A DNA stretch of 63,592 nt, counting the filler, from Nemertoderma westbladi (taxonomy: Eukaryota; Animalia; Xenacoelomorpha): assembly GCA_032718475.1 (NCBI GenBank). It is 4 parts of 4 records of this genome, joined end to end, with 100 filler letters (N's around TTAATTAATTAA, not from the genome) between each part and the next. Parts side by side here need not be neighbours in the genome. Positions count along the whole stretch, not along the records: positions 20,440 to 38,415 come from JAUCBJ010008733.1; 3 more parts are not named here. The stretch is one strand, 5' to 3'. The translations under genes and the position numbers were made by a program. Positions 23,601-36,913 of this stretch are shown here, in pieces (position 1 is the first letter of the stretch; each line of letters begins with the position of its first letter). The notes beneath the pieces are model-generated. The model saw only the letters and a list, made by a program, of their open reading frames with translations. It had not been told where the DNA came from and did no database searches.

Positions 23601-26600
23601 CTAAGTCGTTTGTTTTACTAGAGACTTCTCCTGTTGAGGTTGAATATAATCTGCTTCACCTAACTGATTCCTTGGCGACTAATGATAAGGGGGTTCCAAT
23701 AAAATTAATAAAAATTGCAGCAAATCCAATCTCAATCCATTTAAGTTACCTTATAAACATATCCATAACAAAAGGCTTTTTTCCGGACCAATTAAAACAC
23801 GCGAAAGTTATTCCAGTATTCAAAAATGAAGATCCATTCAATGTTAATAATTATCGTCCAATCTCGCTTCTACCTATTTTTAGTAAAATTTATGAACGTA
23901 TAATCAATGATCAGTTATTATCATACTTTGAGCAGCTTTCGTTATTAACTCCGAACCAATACGGATTTAGGAAAAAATCAACTACAACCCTGGGTATATT
24001 AAGTATAGTGGAGAAACTACGCTCAGCATTAGACTCGGGAGACACGCATGTGTAGTTTACCTAGACCTCCAGAAGGCCTTTGATACGTTAGACCATCCAA
24101 TTCTCTTAAAATAGCTAGAGGCTTACGGCGTCCGTGGCACTCCATTTAATTTAATTAAAGATTATTTAGCTAATCGAACTCAAGTAGTTTCGATTAATAA
24201 TATTCTTTCATCATCTCAACCACTAGTTTGTGGGGTGCCCCCTGGGTCGATTCTGGGTCCTCTACTTTTTCTAATTTTTATTAATGATCTTCCTAATGTA
24301 TCTGATTTATTAACGACTATGTTTGCTGATGACACAAGTCTCCTCCACGTAGGTAATGAACCTTTAGCTGTGATCAATAGTGTAAACATCGAGTTCGATA
24401 AAATTGTAGATTGGCTCCATGATAATAAATTATCCCCAAATGTAAAAAAAACTGAATATTCTATATTTACTAATAAACGAGTTGACCTTAATTCCTTTAT
24501 AATCCTTAATTCCGTAACCTTTATACTAAAAAAATTAGTAAAACATGTGGTATTTTTTATAAATTACGCCACATATTCCCCCTCCATATTCTTAGAACTT
24601 TATACTTCTCTTTAATTCACCCATATATCCAATACGGAATTACAGTTTGGGGAAGTACATATGAATCCGTAATAAAACCGCTCCGTACTAAAATTAATAA
24701 AGTATTACGCACTATCACTTTTAGCGCACCAGATCCAACATTGTTTCGTCAAGCGTCCTCACTCCCCATTTACCAGTCACTTGATATTTTACCTGTTGAC
24801 GAATTAAATTAAACATGAAGTAATCAAATTTATGTACGATATACATCATAAAAAGTGTTTCAATTCTCCGGAAATATATAATTTATTTACTAAAACATCT
24901 AAAGTCCACCATTACGGCACACGTTCAGTTACCAGCGATTCATTTTATGTACCTCCAATCAAACTACCCTGTAGTAGTAGCCATGCAATCAATACGTTAC
25001 CAGGGACCTATACTCTGGAACTGAATAGGAACCGATTATCGAAATTCTAAAACAAAAAGGTCTTTTTCGTTTAAAGTAAAACGTAAATTACTTAATAATA
25101 ATACTTAAATGATATATTTATTAGTAATTATTAACACAATGGTCTGTCTGGTGCTTTCTACTAAATTTAATTTGTCTAATTTATTAAATTATTGTTTTAG
25201 ATTCATTGGCATCAATTATATATGTGTTGTGTTGATATGTTGCAGCTACGACTGAGTATACTAACAATTAATACCATTGTATAGTAATGAAGTAATGACA
25301 TGTAAATGACAAGACTAATCAGCCCCCCTCCCCACCAAACCCCCTCCCTAGGCTCCAACATTTACTAGCGTTGCTACTCGTTGGTGCCTCCCAGTTATAT
25401 ATTTATTGTGATTAGTGCAATTTAAATATTCTTTATTATTGGGAAATATATATTTGATGTTTGATTTGATGTTCAATTGCAATCGTAGCCATCTTCATGG
25501 AGCAATGCATTAGTAAGTTCTTTGCCTAAACGAAATGACTCGTCAATTGAAGACCTTAAAAGTTTGAGGCCAGTCTGTGTTACACCTATTAGCGCAAGAA
25601 CTTTGGATAAGTTTGGACTTGACACTTTTCGTGAATCAACTGTGACAACGGATGATAAATTTCAATTTGCGTATAAAAAAGGGTTATCAACTGCGGATGC
25701 TATAGCTACATTACTACATCAAGTAATATCAGGCATGGAAAGTCGGTCTACTATTGTTAAATGTATTTTTATTGATTATACATCTGCTTTCAATACCGTT
25801 CTTCAAAATAAATTTTTGAACTGATTAAAATTAGAACTCGCTCCTCAAAAGCGCTGGTTGGCCAATTGGCTACACTCATATATGGCTAATTTTACTCAAG
25901 TCGTTAAATGTGGTAAATTGCGCTCAAACAGTTGTAGGCTTGAGGTCGGTTTCCCTCAAGGTGGCCCAATGAGCGGCCCACTTTTTACGAAAGACACCGA
26001 CAACATCAGGAGCTCTGACGGAAGTATAGGCAAGTATTCCGATGACACCAGACAGCTACAAGCAATTAAAGGTAGAGTCGATAACGATAATGATTTTTAT
26101 ATCAGGAGGGTTCAAGAACTTGTGGAGATATCGTCAACAAAAACTTGAAAATAAATCCGAAAAAATCTGAAGAGCTTTGTTTTCTACCAATTAATATGAT
26201 AAATGATGAATTGATAGCTGTTGCTAATGAGCAGGTACAGATTGAAGGTGTGAATGTCCCACGTAGGAAGACTGTAAAATACTTAGGGGTCCACATCAGC
26301 GACAACTTTTCTTTTTAAGTTCACATATCTGAGGTAATTAAGAAAGCCAATTTTGCGGTTAGACAGTTCAGTTTTTTCGTTAGGTTTACAAATCGGAAAA
26401 CAAAAATTTTCCTTTTTCAAACATATATAGTGCCTATCTATTTGTACTGTGCCATTGTTTGGGTACCCACTCTACATGACAATGGTAGGAAGAAATTAGT
26501 GAGGCCAATAAAACTATATGCAAAACATTCAGACGTAGACAAGAAACTCTATATTTCGTTAATAAATGTTGCCTTTGAAAAGCAATATGTCGATTTTGTA

Positions 26601-27256
26601 AATAAAACTGTACAGGATTCGAACCACCCACTACATGAACAGCTTGTGATTAACAAATCAGCTCCTGCTACCAGAAGTGAATATATTTTACCAGCTATAC
26701 GAACTCAACGTTTTAGTGACTCATTTATTCCTACTGCTATGCGATATTTGATAAACGGTACAATTCCTACATATTTGCTTACATATAAACCTTGATGAAC
26801 TTTACCCACAGTTTTTAGTGTTTTTACCCATATTATTTTATAAAAAATCTACATGTTTTATTTAATTAATGGCGATTGTTTTCCTCTATATGTAATTAGA
26901 CCCTTTTACTATGTTTGTTTTTACTTAAATTATTTTTATTATATTTTACTAAATTATTTTATGAACCAAATATTTATGAACCATAAAAGAGAATCAACCT
27001 ACAATTAATTAATTATGATTATTTATATTTTGATCTATAACTTATCCCGTTTTAACATATGAACTGCATACCGTTTATTGAAAGTTGCTATAATTAATTA
27101 TTTTTTACGGTTTAATTACAGATTTAAATTGAATGCTTAATTGTAGTACCGTACAGAATGTCGTATGCTTATCATGTATGGTTTATTGTTTGTAGTATGT
27201 ATATTCCTTTTTACATGTTTTGTACAGGAATTAAAACAAATCAATCAATCAATCAA
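20650..27256 (+). mobile_element. Degenerate L2/CR1-group LINE (outer element), split by an inner LINE
   Basis: APE endonuclease (QETKL, GGGLLTY, NLYIRP, GDIN, LDIAY) and RT (LRPV, QFAYK, FIDYTSAFNT, GFPQG, KYSDD, KYLG), with an (AATC)n tail near 27240. Confidence 0.85.
22004..25471 (+). mobile_element. Near-complete ORF2 of an L2/Crack-like LINE nested in the outer LINE
   Basis: DIDPDSN, LNCASL, SETF, YRPISLLP, QYGFR, DLQKAFD, GSILGPLLFLIFINDL, FADDT. It has a (TTTGA)n-like tail and a TTCAATT target-site duplication (21997-22003 / 25472-25478). Confidence 0.9.
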
Positions 27257-27409
27257 TTATACGTATTTATATTTCCCTGATTTTACTACATTGTAAATTA
27301 ATTCAAAGTTAAATTATATAATTTACTTTTACAATGCAACAGTGTTCTAATTATCCACGTTTTTTCAAGCTACATATATATAGTTACACTTACTTACTAT
27401 GTTATATTA

Positions 27410-28690
27410 TACGATGGTTCGGTTTATTACGATGGTTCGACAACATTTGTGTCTACTGTTGATGGTGACACAGACCCATTTGAAGTGTTATGGGGCGTCC
27501 TCCAAGGAGACACACTTGCACCATTCTTGTTCATTATTGTGGTTGACTATGTTCTACGCATGTCCTTAGATTATCATAATGATGATGGGGTGATGATAAC
27601 TCCACCTACTGGCTCCAGAAGTCGAGGAAATCCTGCCAAGTACCTATGTGTTGGCAAGCTGTATTTTTCGAGTATTTTCGGTAAAATAAACTTATCATTC
27701 GAGGCTAAGACCCCAAGATCCCTTCCTATAATAAATGTATAATGCCAAGTACCTATGTGTTGGCAAGCTGTATTTTTCGAGTATTTTCGGTAAAATAAAC
27801 TTATCATTCGAGGCTAAGACCCCAAGATCCCTTCCTATAATAAATGTATAATACCAAGTACCTAACTGATCTAGACTTTGCTGATGACTTAGGAGTACTC
27901 TCAGAATCATTAGAGGGAGCCCAACGGCTCCTCAGCTCATTAGAACATGCTGCTTCTAGTGTTGGTCTTTTTATTAACTCCAGAAAGACCAAAATTTTGA
28001 CAGTTAACTTTGAAAGTCCGCAGCAAGTCTCTGATCGGATGAGCATAAGCTCAAAGGATGGTATGCTTGAGCATGTTGATGACTTCTGTTACCTGGGATC
28101 TTGGATCCGGAAGTCAGGTGAGGACCTTCGAATACGTAAGGGAAAGGCATGGGCAGCCTTGAATAGGCTTTCCAGGATTTGGAAGTCAGCGAAAATTAAT
28201 CGGAAACTTAAGGTCCGATTATTTAGAGCAGCAGTAGTTCCAGTACTCCTCTACGGGAATCCATGCTGGGCTCTAACTGCTGAGGACACCAAATCTCTGG
28301 ATGGCACATTCACAAGAATGCTACGCCGGGTTCATTGTGTCAAGTACAATGCACACATCTCCAACCAGACACTATATAACATTGGAGGTGTCTCATTGGT
28401 TCCCCCAAGCTTGACACTAGAACAAAATCGCCTCCGCTTTGCAGGACATTGCTTTCGCCGTGAGGACCAGCCAGTGCATAATCTTGTACTTTGACAGCCT
28501 CATGGAGTGAATAAGCATGGTGGACAGCCCATGACTTTCTTGAGACGCATCTTAAAGGACACTGGCCTTAAAGATGCGGATGATCTAGCAAATGTCATGG
28601 GTGATAGGGAGTTGTGGCGGTGCAATTTTGTTGACAAGCCGGCACAGCATTCTTAAAAATGCAGCTGCAATGCAGCATGCCGATCCTAGT
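27410..28690 (+). mobile_element. RTE-clade LINE, 5'-truncated, with a tandem internal insertion
   Basis: GVLQGDTLAPFLFII, DLDFADD, YLGS, RLRFAGHCFR; 3' end GCATGCCGATCCTAG. Confidence 0.92.
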
Positions 28691-28985
28691 GGTAGCTTGG
28701 CAACAATACAGCAATAATACCTGATTACACCACAGTCTCCCAGTCACCGGTCTGCTAGTAAATCAGGTATTGCATTGCAGTTGGCAGCACTGCAGGCTCC
28801 CATACTGCATACTGCCATACCTGCATACTGCCATACAGCCATAGGCTGATAGGCATCTGCAGTACCGTACTGGAAAAGGCCAAATTTATTATCTGAGTAG
28901 TCCTAACCTAAACTGCAGAACTGCCTGACGGTAAACTGCAGAACTGCCTGACTAAGTACACCTAGCCTACTAAAGCAATGCTGCA

Positions 28986-29309
28986 ATGGCGGGAGAATTT
29001 CCATTAGCTGAAGGCGACATTCCGCCTCACCACAACCAACTATCCCGCATTAACCTCGAGGATGAAGCTTCCAGCGCTTGCGAAGGTCTCATTACACAGA
29101 CACCCTACCGCAGTAGATGCCACACCCGCCGCGCATTCGAGTCCCTCGACGCTATGCGGAAGGCGGGGCTCCTGTGCGACGTAACTCTGGTCGCTGGATC
29201 GAGTCGATTACCCGTTCATCGTTCCGTTCTCAGTTCCTGCTCCAAGTATTTCTACGCGATGTTTACAAGCGATCTGTCTGAAAGCCAACAGGATGTTATT
29301 ATATTACAG
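28986..29309 (+). CDS. KLHL2: Kelch-like (KLHL2/KLHL3, Drosophila kelch orthologue) exon 1, BTB N-terminal half
   Basis: LCDVTLVAG...HRSVLSSCSKYFYAMFT; phase-0 donor CAG|GTTCGT at 29310. Confidence 0.9.
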
Positions 29310-29321
29310 GTTCGTCGGTTC

Positions 29322-30380
29322 CAGGGATGGCAAAAACCATGGTTTTTTGAAAAAAAATTTTTGGTTTTGGTTTTATTGTTTGGTTTTTTATGGTTTTTTT
29401 CGGTTTTTTATGGTTTTTTATGGTTTTTCTGTGGTTTAATTAAATCCAATACACCAATACATACAAATGTAGGGCCTACATACAACAGTCTGACAGTACA
29501 ACCCTTGCGCTTGCCCAATAGAACAAAATACTGGAATAACTGATAAGGCCACATCCACATACAGTATGCTGGAAGCGTTTCTTCTGCTGTTCTGTTCTGT
29601 CCTTACAGCCTTACTCTCATCCAACCCATCAGCCCATGCAGCCATGTCAGCATGTGACAAAATACTAACAACATACAACGTAAAAATACATACCAACGTC
29701 CAGACGTCTGCACTGCTCCACTGCACGCCAGGCTGCAAACCACCACTGACAGACTGAACCGCGAACAACGCCTGCGCACAATTCAGCAATTTTTCAGCCG
29801 CGCAATATTCTGATATTGGACAATATACCGCGCGCGCGCATGCACCGAAAAAAACGCGCACACCACATTTTAGCAATGTAAACGAGAAACATACGCCAGC
29901 GAAGCGAGCAAAACATTTTCATTAACAATGCAAAATGAACAGATGAAAAAGAAACGCGAGCAAAACTCAAAGTTTGATAAATTTTTTCATTCTACATATG
30001 CAGAGCAGATATGTAACAGTGCAAAATGAAAAAGAAACGCAAGCAAAACTTTTACCTTCTAACAGTGCAAAATGAAAAAGAAACGAGAGCAAAACTCAAA
30101 GTGAGTGAAATTTTTTCATTCTACATATGTAACAGTCAGACAGTGCAAAATGAAAAAGAAACGCAAGCAAAACTCAAAGTGTTCGAAATTTTTTCATTCT
30201 AACAGTGCAAAATGAAAAAGAAACGCGACTACCAGTCTGCTTTATATTATTTGCAGCGTTAATTGTAAAATTTTATGAAAAACCATAAAAAACCAATTTT
30301 TTCGCCTTTTTTTAAAAGTTGGTTAAACCAAAAAACCATAAAAAACCAATGGTGAGAAAAACCATTGGTTGCCAACCCTG
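29322..30380. mobile_element. Non-autonomous hAT element in the kelch intron
   Basis: TIRs CAGGGATGGCAA / TTGCCAACCCTG, 8-bp TSD GTCGGTTC (29314-29321 and 30381-30388), subterminal AAAACC repeats, and internal ~45-75-bp repeats at 29930-30230. Confidence 0.9.
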
Positions 30381-31194
30381 GTCGGTTCGTACATCGTATG
30401 TAATCGTACGTAGAACGTCAGAACGTAGGCCTCTCTGCCTATTGTACTAATTGCTAGGCCTATTATTACTGTTATGATACAAATGCTCCAGAATTAAAAG
30501 AACAGAAGGAGATAGGCCTAATTACTGAATGAGAACTAGCTAACGTACAGCACTTCACGTATTTGATATTTATTATTGTTTTCTTATTTGATACTATTGC
30601 CCGATGGGGGGGGGGGGGTGGTGGCGACGCAAATCCCGCCTTGGCGAAATAAAATCTGGTCTCAAAGCTAAATTATCAATTAATGGAAGAGAATAGGTTC
30701 AGGGTTTTTTCGGCTCTAAATGTGGCGCAAGCACCATATCACATCACATGGTCATGGCGCCATTGGCCGGAAGCTCGATGGCGCCAGCAGCGCCAGACAG
30801 TATTATCGGTATTAAAAAAATATTTACATAAACGGTAATTAATGATTAGAATTCCTTTTAAATACCGGTTCTGCTTCAACACATACTGCATACAGACATA
30901 TTACAGTATTACATGCAAGAGTGCACTCTCAAAAGCATTGTTATGCATCTTAAGGTTAATTTGTGGTTTGAAGCAGGCCGGTAGCCCGAAAACGTTCTCT
31001 TTAATTATTATATAATATAGCCAATTAGACCCCCGTTTTTATTATGTTTGTATTATGAACCACTCTCACGCTAACAATGACATCCTATAGCAAGCAGGTC
31101 TACCTACACTGTACAAATACAATACTACCGCTACTTACATACCGATATAAATCCGTTATCCACGTTTTTTATTGAATAATAATTGTAATTGCAG

Positions 31195-32676
31195 GACGTT
31201 GACGAATCAGCCCTGCAGCTTTTGGTGGACTTTATGTATTCCAGTGAAATCTTCGTTACAGAAGAGAATGTGCAGATCCTCCTACCCGCGGCGAGTCTGC
31301 TGCAACTCAACGAGGTTCGGAACGCTTGCGGGGAGTTCCTCCAGTCCCAGCTGCACCCCTCCAACTGCCTCGGGATCCGAGCCTTCGCGGACCTCCACTC
31401 CTGCAGGGAGCTGCTGGCCTCCTCCCAGGGCTACACCGAGCAGCACTTCGCGGACGTCGTGCAGGGCGAGGAGTTCATGAATCTCGGGGCCGAGGCCGTC
31501 TGCGACATGATCGCGAGCGACGAGCTCACGGTGACGAGCGAAGAGAGCGTGTTCGAGGCGGTCTGCGCGTGGGTAAGTTACAATAAATCGGTTCGCGAGA
31601 CTCATATGAGCCAATTAATGGAGCACATTAGGTTGCCTTTACTATCCCGTGAGTATCTCGTGCAGAGAGTCGAAGAAGAGCCGTTAGTTAAGAATAACAG
31701 CGAGTGTAAAGATTATCTTATCGAGGCGATGAAGTATCATTTGTTGGCCTCGGAGCAGCGTTCCTCGTTGAAGTCGCCGCGCACGCGACCGCGCACGCCG
31801 CTCGGCTTGCCCAAGGTTATGTACGTGGTCGGGGGCCAGGCGCCCAAGGCGATCAAAGCCGTGGAGATGTACGACTTCGCGCGGGATTCCTGGCAGCAGG
31901 TCGCCGAGTTGCAGTCGCGGAGGTGCCGCGCCGGGGTCGCGGTGCTCGGGGGGTTGTTGTACGCGGTTGGTGGGTTTAATGGCTCGCTACGGGTGCGCAC
32001 CGTGGACGTCTACGAGCCGGCGACCGACGCGTGGACCACGGCGCCCAGCATGGAGGCCCGGAGGTCCACTCTGGGGGCCGCCGTGCTGGGCGGTTGTATC
32101 TACGCGGTCGGCGGGTTCGACGGAACCACGGGGCTCAGCTCCGTCGAGAAGTTCGACCCGAAGACGCAGGAGTGGCGGCCCGTCGCTAATATGAACACGC
32201 GGCGGAGTTCCGTGGGGGTCGGCGTGCTGAACGGGCGGTTGTACGCGATCGGGGGCTACGACGGCTCCTCCCGACAGTGTCTGTCCTCCGTGGAGCGGTA
32301 CGACCCCTCCGCCGACGAGTGGTTCTACGTGTCGCATATGAACACTCGGCGAAGCGGCGCCGGGGTTTGCGTTCTCGATAATAAACTCTACGCGGTTGGG
32401 GGACACGACGGCCCCCTAGTGCGAAAGTCCGTGGAGGTTTACGACGCGGAGGTCGACACCTGGACGTTAGTCTCCGAGATGTGTTACTGTCGTCGGAACG
32501 CCGGCGTCGCCGCCGTCAACTGTCAGCTGTTTGTCGTCGGCGGCGACGACGGGGCCTCCAATCTGCACAGCGTCGAGTTCTACAACCCCAAAACTAATAC
32601 GTGGGATTTATTGCAGAGCGCGATGCTACAAGGTAGAAGTTACTCTGGTGTCGCCGTTATAGACAGGCCAACATGA
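31195..32676 (+). CDS. KLHL2: Kelch-like exon 2 (rest of BTB, BACK, six kelch repeats); spliced protein ~601 aa
   Basis: Acceptor TTGCAG|GAC is in phase 0 with exon 1. Motifs LHPSNCLGIRAFADLH, VVGGQAPKAI, RRCRAG, GGFNGSLRVRTVDVY, RRSTLG, GGHDGPLVRKSVEVY, GGDDG. Confidence 0.95.
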   Translation, partial: DVDESALQLLVDFMYSSEIFVTEENVQILLPAASLLQLNEVRNACGEFLQSQLHPSNCLGIRAFADLHSCRELLASSQGYTEQHFADVVQGEEFMNLGAEAVCDMIASDELTVTSEESVFEAVCAWVSYNKSVRETHMSQLMEHIRLPLLSREYLVQRVEEEPLVKNNSECKDYLIEAMKYHLLASEQRSSLKSPRTRPRTPLGLPKVMYVVGGQAPKAIKAVEMYDFARDSWQQVAELQSRRCRAGVAVLGGLLYAVGGFNGSLRVRTVDVYEPATDAWTTAPSMEARRSTLGAAVLGGCIYAVGGFDGTTGLSSVEKFDPKTQEWRPVANMNTRRSSVGVGVLNGRLYAIGGYDGSSRQCLSSVERYDPSADEWFYVSHMNTRRSGAGVCVLDNKLYAVGGHDGPLVRKSVEVYDAEVDTWTLVSEMCYCRRNAGVAAVNCQLFVVGGDDGASNLHSVEFYNPKTNTWDLLQSAMLQGRSYSGVAVIDRPT

Positions 32677-34447
32677 TTAACGCTGTAACTCCATATGTAC
32701 AGTAGGTTATGGTACGACTATCGATCCAATCCTCTCGTTTATTTATACGAATTTGTCATAAAGAACGAAATACAACTTTTGGTGTGTTTTTTTTCCACCT
32801 GTAATGGAATCGGATTACCTCTAATCTGGTACTGGACGTTTCTATGTTTATATATTTATTATTGAATGCGTGATTCTTTATAAATATTTATTTATATTTC
32901 TTTCAGTGTATTTCATTCAATATATTCAATGTAAGTAAGTTTTATTTGCAGTACTTTTTATCCTCCAACCCCATAGCCATACGGGACCGACCAACTATCA
33001 ATCGAGTAACAATAATAGTCGCACCCACCCCATCCAGGTCACATTTATACTATCGGAATAAATGATTTAGTTAACAAAACAATTGAAAAATATGAGACGG
33101 GGTGGCGGGGGGGCTAGACGAAAATCCCATCTCGTCAAATTAATATCTCGTTCCAAACTTAAATTATCATTTAAGAGTAGGAGGTTACGGTGGCGTGTTA
33201 TACTAACCAAAACAATAAACTAAACATAAACCCATTAGAACAGGTTACAGTTTTATTTCTGAGTGTAATCAACTGTTATTGGCGTCGATTATCCCTGGAG
33301 AGGGATAAATTTTGATTGCGCGAGAGTTTCATTATGCTAATAGTCGGGGTGGCTGGAATAAACGTGGTGGGTGGAAAATAGTAGCGTATAGAGTATAGGC
33401 GTACAGGTACAGTTGTACCAACGGCTACCGGTGGTATACTCGGTACACGGTTTTTGTTTTCTTTCACTTTCAACTCTCAATTATTATGAGAACAAACGTT
33501 TATTTACTCATAATAAAAAATGTTTTAGACAAAATTAATAGTCGGGGTGTCTGGAATAAGAGAATTGTGGGTGGATTTTTTTCAAAAATTAATTGCCGCG
33601 TCTATTCGGGACTCCAGAGTATACAGTCGGTGTTCCTGTCCTGCTTTTTTTTTATATTTGCATTTATTTATTATTTTTATTGCATTTATTTGTAGTTTTA
33701 AAGAGAATTACACTCGTAAAACTAGCCGAGTTATTATTATTTTTTCAGGGTAATTTTGTAGGAATACATAATTAATTAACTACCGTAAGCAGTAAAGTAA
33801 ACTCTATACATCAATAATTATAGCTGTACATTAAACACACGGCCATTAACTCACACTCGCATTAGTATTCCACGGTTGGACACTGTCTATGCTTCGCAGT
33901 ACCCAGAAACCCAAACCTAATTATTATTTTCTAAGTAATTGCGTTTTATATGTGTACCAACCAACCCAGTATGTTACGACACCGGATACCATCAATATCC
34001 CCACACCTTAAAGGTCATATTATTCGCGGTTCTCGTTAGCTTACTTACCATTAAATACAGTTGTATTCTCTATAAACTTTATATGTTTAATTAAAGTTTA
34101 AATCAGTTTATTTTATGACTGTCTTTTTAAAACAATCATTAACTATTTTTAACAGGAAACAAAAGGTGTAATTTGTCCAGTGGGCGAGCTCAAAGGGTAT
34201 TTTTTAATAGGAAAACAAAAGCTGTAATTTATCCATCGAACGAGGTCAAAAGATTTATAATTGTAATTATTTTTAATGTAACGTAATTTTATACTTTACT
34301 CCTCTCGAAAAGGGCTACATTCACTTCTCAGCATTTCAGCTTTGACTGGAAGGGCGCTGACTATAGCAAACTAGTAGTCGTTGGAGTGAACAACCGCGGT
34401 GGTCTGCCATGAAAATACGAGAAATAATATGCACATATAAATAGAAC

Positions 34448-34698
34448 ATTATTATTATTATTATTGTTCCACAGTAAACCCTTCCACTCTGTTTCCCAAG
34501 TTGCCTTGATTCACATTTATCGAGTATTCACTGATATTTATTATATATCATTAAATTGTTAAGGGCCTTCAAACTGGAGTGGCCGCCAAAGCACACTAAT
34601 TAACTGATCCCTGTAAGTCATTATTGCCGAAACGAATACGACCTCCGTAGAGATATGAATTCAATGCAGCGGATTTAACCACTACGCCAAGGTGCGAC
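34448..34698 (-). mobile_element. Probable tRNA-derived SINE
   Basis: Minus strand starts GTCGCACCTTGGCGTAGTGGTTAA (A box), has a degenerate B box, and ends in an (AAT)n tail. Confidence 0.5.
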
Positions 34699-35941
34699 TG
34701 AGTTGGTAATTACTTAGCTTTCAGTTCACATTTACTGTAACTGCATTGGATATCGAGAGTTAATATTGAAGTGCTATGAATATTGTATTAACATGACATG
34801 CAGCTTCCTGTTATTAAAAAACCCCAAATCTATGTCCATCGTCCACCTCTACCTTATGTCTGTCGGATATATATTGTTGGATTCCCACCACAGGTAATAA
34901 TAATAAATAATTACGACATTAATTGAGATATATCATTATACGCATATGTCATCAATGCTTAAAAAGGATTAATCGCACACAATGAAGAAAAATTGGGCTT
35001 ATTATATGCGAGAGATCTCGCATCCTATTCGTATAAGAGATCTCCAATCTCTAATTATAATGCGTTATTCTCTCCGAGAAAGACGCATTCACACAACGTG
35101 TTCCCACAGTCATATACTATTTTGTAGACTAGGCCATACTACTTACCAGTGCATTCAAATTTGAAAAGTGGTGAGGGTCTGGTCTGAGTACTAATTATGT
35201 TTTGCATATCGGCTGTCTAATTAGTTGGTAAACAAACACCTATTAATTGAATATTTCACTACATAATCAATTATTATGAAGTTATTGAGACGATCTATTT
35301 TTTATGTTGAAAGATGTTCATTGTTTACTTTTATAGGAAGATGCTTACGCTACAGGTTGTTATGGTTACTGCGGTTGCAGGTCTGGTAGTTGTTCCCACC
35401 ACCCGACACGCGTACATTCAGCTATGTCATCTAAGGTAAATTCATTGATTCACATCCCATAGGATAATGTTTAGGTGTAGACCGTTGTACAACGGTCTAC
35501 ACCTAAACATTGGAAGGTCATTAAAATTATAACCTTGTTTTAAAAAATTAGAATCTACTTTTATAAAAGAAGATTGTAGTTTTATAAATGGCGCCTACAG
35601 TATATTCGAGTTACTATTATGAACATTATTTCTGCATGTTGAACATTATTTCTGCATGTTGAACATTATTTCTCCCCAAATTATAAACTTTTTGCGCGAA
35701 ATTTTTTTTTTGCAGAATAATGATTATTGCCTAAAATTTAATGATTTTCATCAATAATCATTATTTTCTCCCTAAAATACAACTTTATTCCCATATATAC
35801 TTTCATCAAAATTTATATTAACTCAAATAATATGTAATTTACTATTTGACCATTACATAGCCAAAACATTACATTAATGCCCCAAGTGCTTTTTGATTTT
35901 CCTAAAATGAATTCTGGGTAACAATTATTTAATTAATTCAA

Positions 35942-36217
35942 ATGGTGGGAGAAATTGCTGCTCCAAGAGCCTCGGTAGACTTCCGCGCTACTAGCGCAAC
36001 ATTGGACGCCGGGACATTGTCCAACTCCGATAAGCTCGAGTCTCTTGGCTTGGATGAGAAGCGGGTTGGTGGATCTTCCTGGTCGCGATTCCTCACGTAT
36101 GGCCCTACGGTTACAGACCTCCTCTCGCCTAGCAACATGGCTCAAACGTTATCCGTTGGAAGGCGGGGCACCTCAGTGGAAGCGGAAACTCTAAATATCC
36201 GCAAATACGGGGAACTC
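35942..36217 (+). CDS. Possible N-terminal exon of the annexin-like gene
   Basis: GC-richer ORF from ATG 35942 with a weak phase-0 donor CTC|GTATTT that is compatible with the next exon. Confidence 0.4.
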
Positions 36218-36414
36218 GTATTTTTTAAATTTCTTAATATATTTTAGAGATAATTAAATAGATTTTGGTGATTATTAATATATTTTAATGATAATTAAAA
36301 TGCTGTATTTAGTGTCGGAAACTTAATATTTTTTAATGATTTTTCTGTTCAAATTTAATGAAAAATGAATATTTATAGTAGGTCAATAAATGACTTCCCT
36401 ATTTTATTGTTTAG

Positions 36415-36477
36415 GCATACAACAACAGAAAACCATTCCAAAACAACAGAAAAACGGTCTCACCGGATCCGCGGAAG
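36415..36477 (+). CDS. Annexin-like gene, small exon (AYNNRKPFQNNRKTVSPDPRK)
   Basis: TTGTTTAG| ... AAG|GTCAGT, 63 bp, phase 0-0. Confidence 0.55.
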
Positions 36478-36748
36478 GTCAGTGTCTGTCTGTCTTCACT
36501 GTCAATATTAATTGCAGTTTAAAGTCTAAGATATATTTCCCCCTTGATGAGTTTATTATCAAAGATTACAGAATATAATTTCTTGCGAAATTACAATATT
36601 GCTGCCATCGGCTAAAATATCCCTTTTATGTTTTTATTGGTTTTTTGCCGAAAGTCACGGCATTCTAATCAATAAAATATTATAATAATTTAATATACAA
36701 CTGTTGTAATAATTAGTTCTCACATTTCGGATTGAAATCATTTTTCAG

Positions 36749-36913
36749 GTGCAAAGGCAATATGTGACTCTGAATAAAAATGCTAAGGCTTTGAGGGATT
36801 CGCTGTCGCAAAGCAGAGAATCCGTTATTGAGGCTTTGGGGAGTAACCTGGCGTATTTCAGTGGGAAACAGAGGATTAAAATACGCGATGACTACAAGAA
36901 AATGTATAAATGT
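36749..36913 (+). CDS. Annexin-like gene exon (first visible annexin repeat)
   Basis: TTTTCAG| ... TGT|GTGAGT; NAKALRDSLSQSRESVIEALGSNLAYFSGKQRIKIRDDYKKMYKC matches the annexin pattern DA..L..A...I...RS..QR..I...YK..YG. Confidence 0.75.

Noticed and set aside
29310-29876. Hydrophobic C-terminus on the BTB ORF and overlapping ORFs
   Set aside because: This is read-through into the T-rich hAT subterminal repeats inside the intron.
30960-31000. Penelope-type hammerhead ribozyme (TTGAAGCAGGCCGGTAGCCCGAAAACGTT)
   Set aside because: The CUGANGA core is not intact and no helix I/III was found; at most a decayed relic.
32674-32688. Drosophila-style UGA readthrough of kelch
   Set aside because: The context is TGA TTA, an in-frame TAA follows after three codons, and there is no ORF2.
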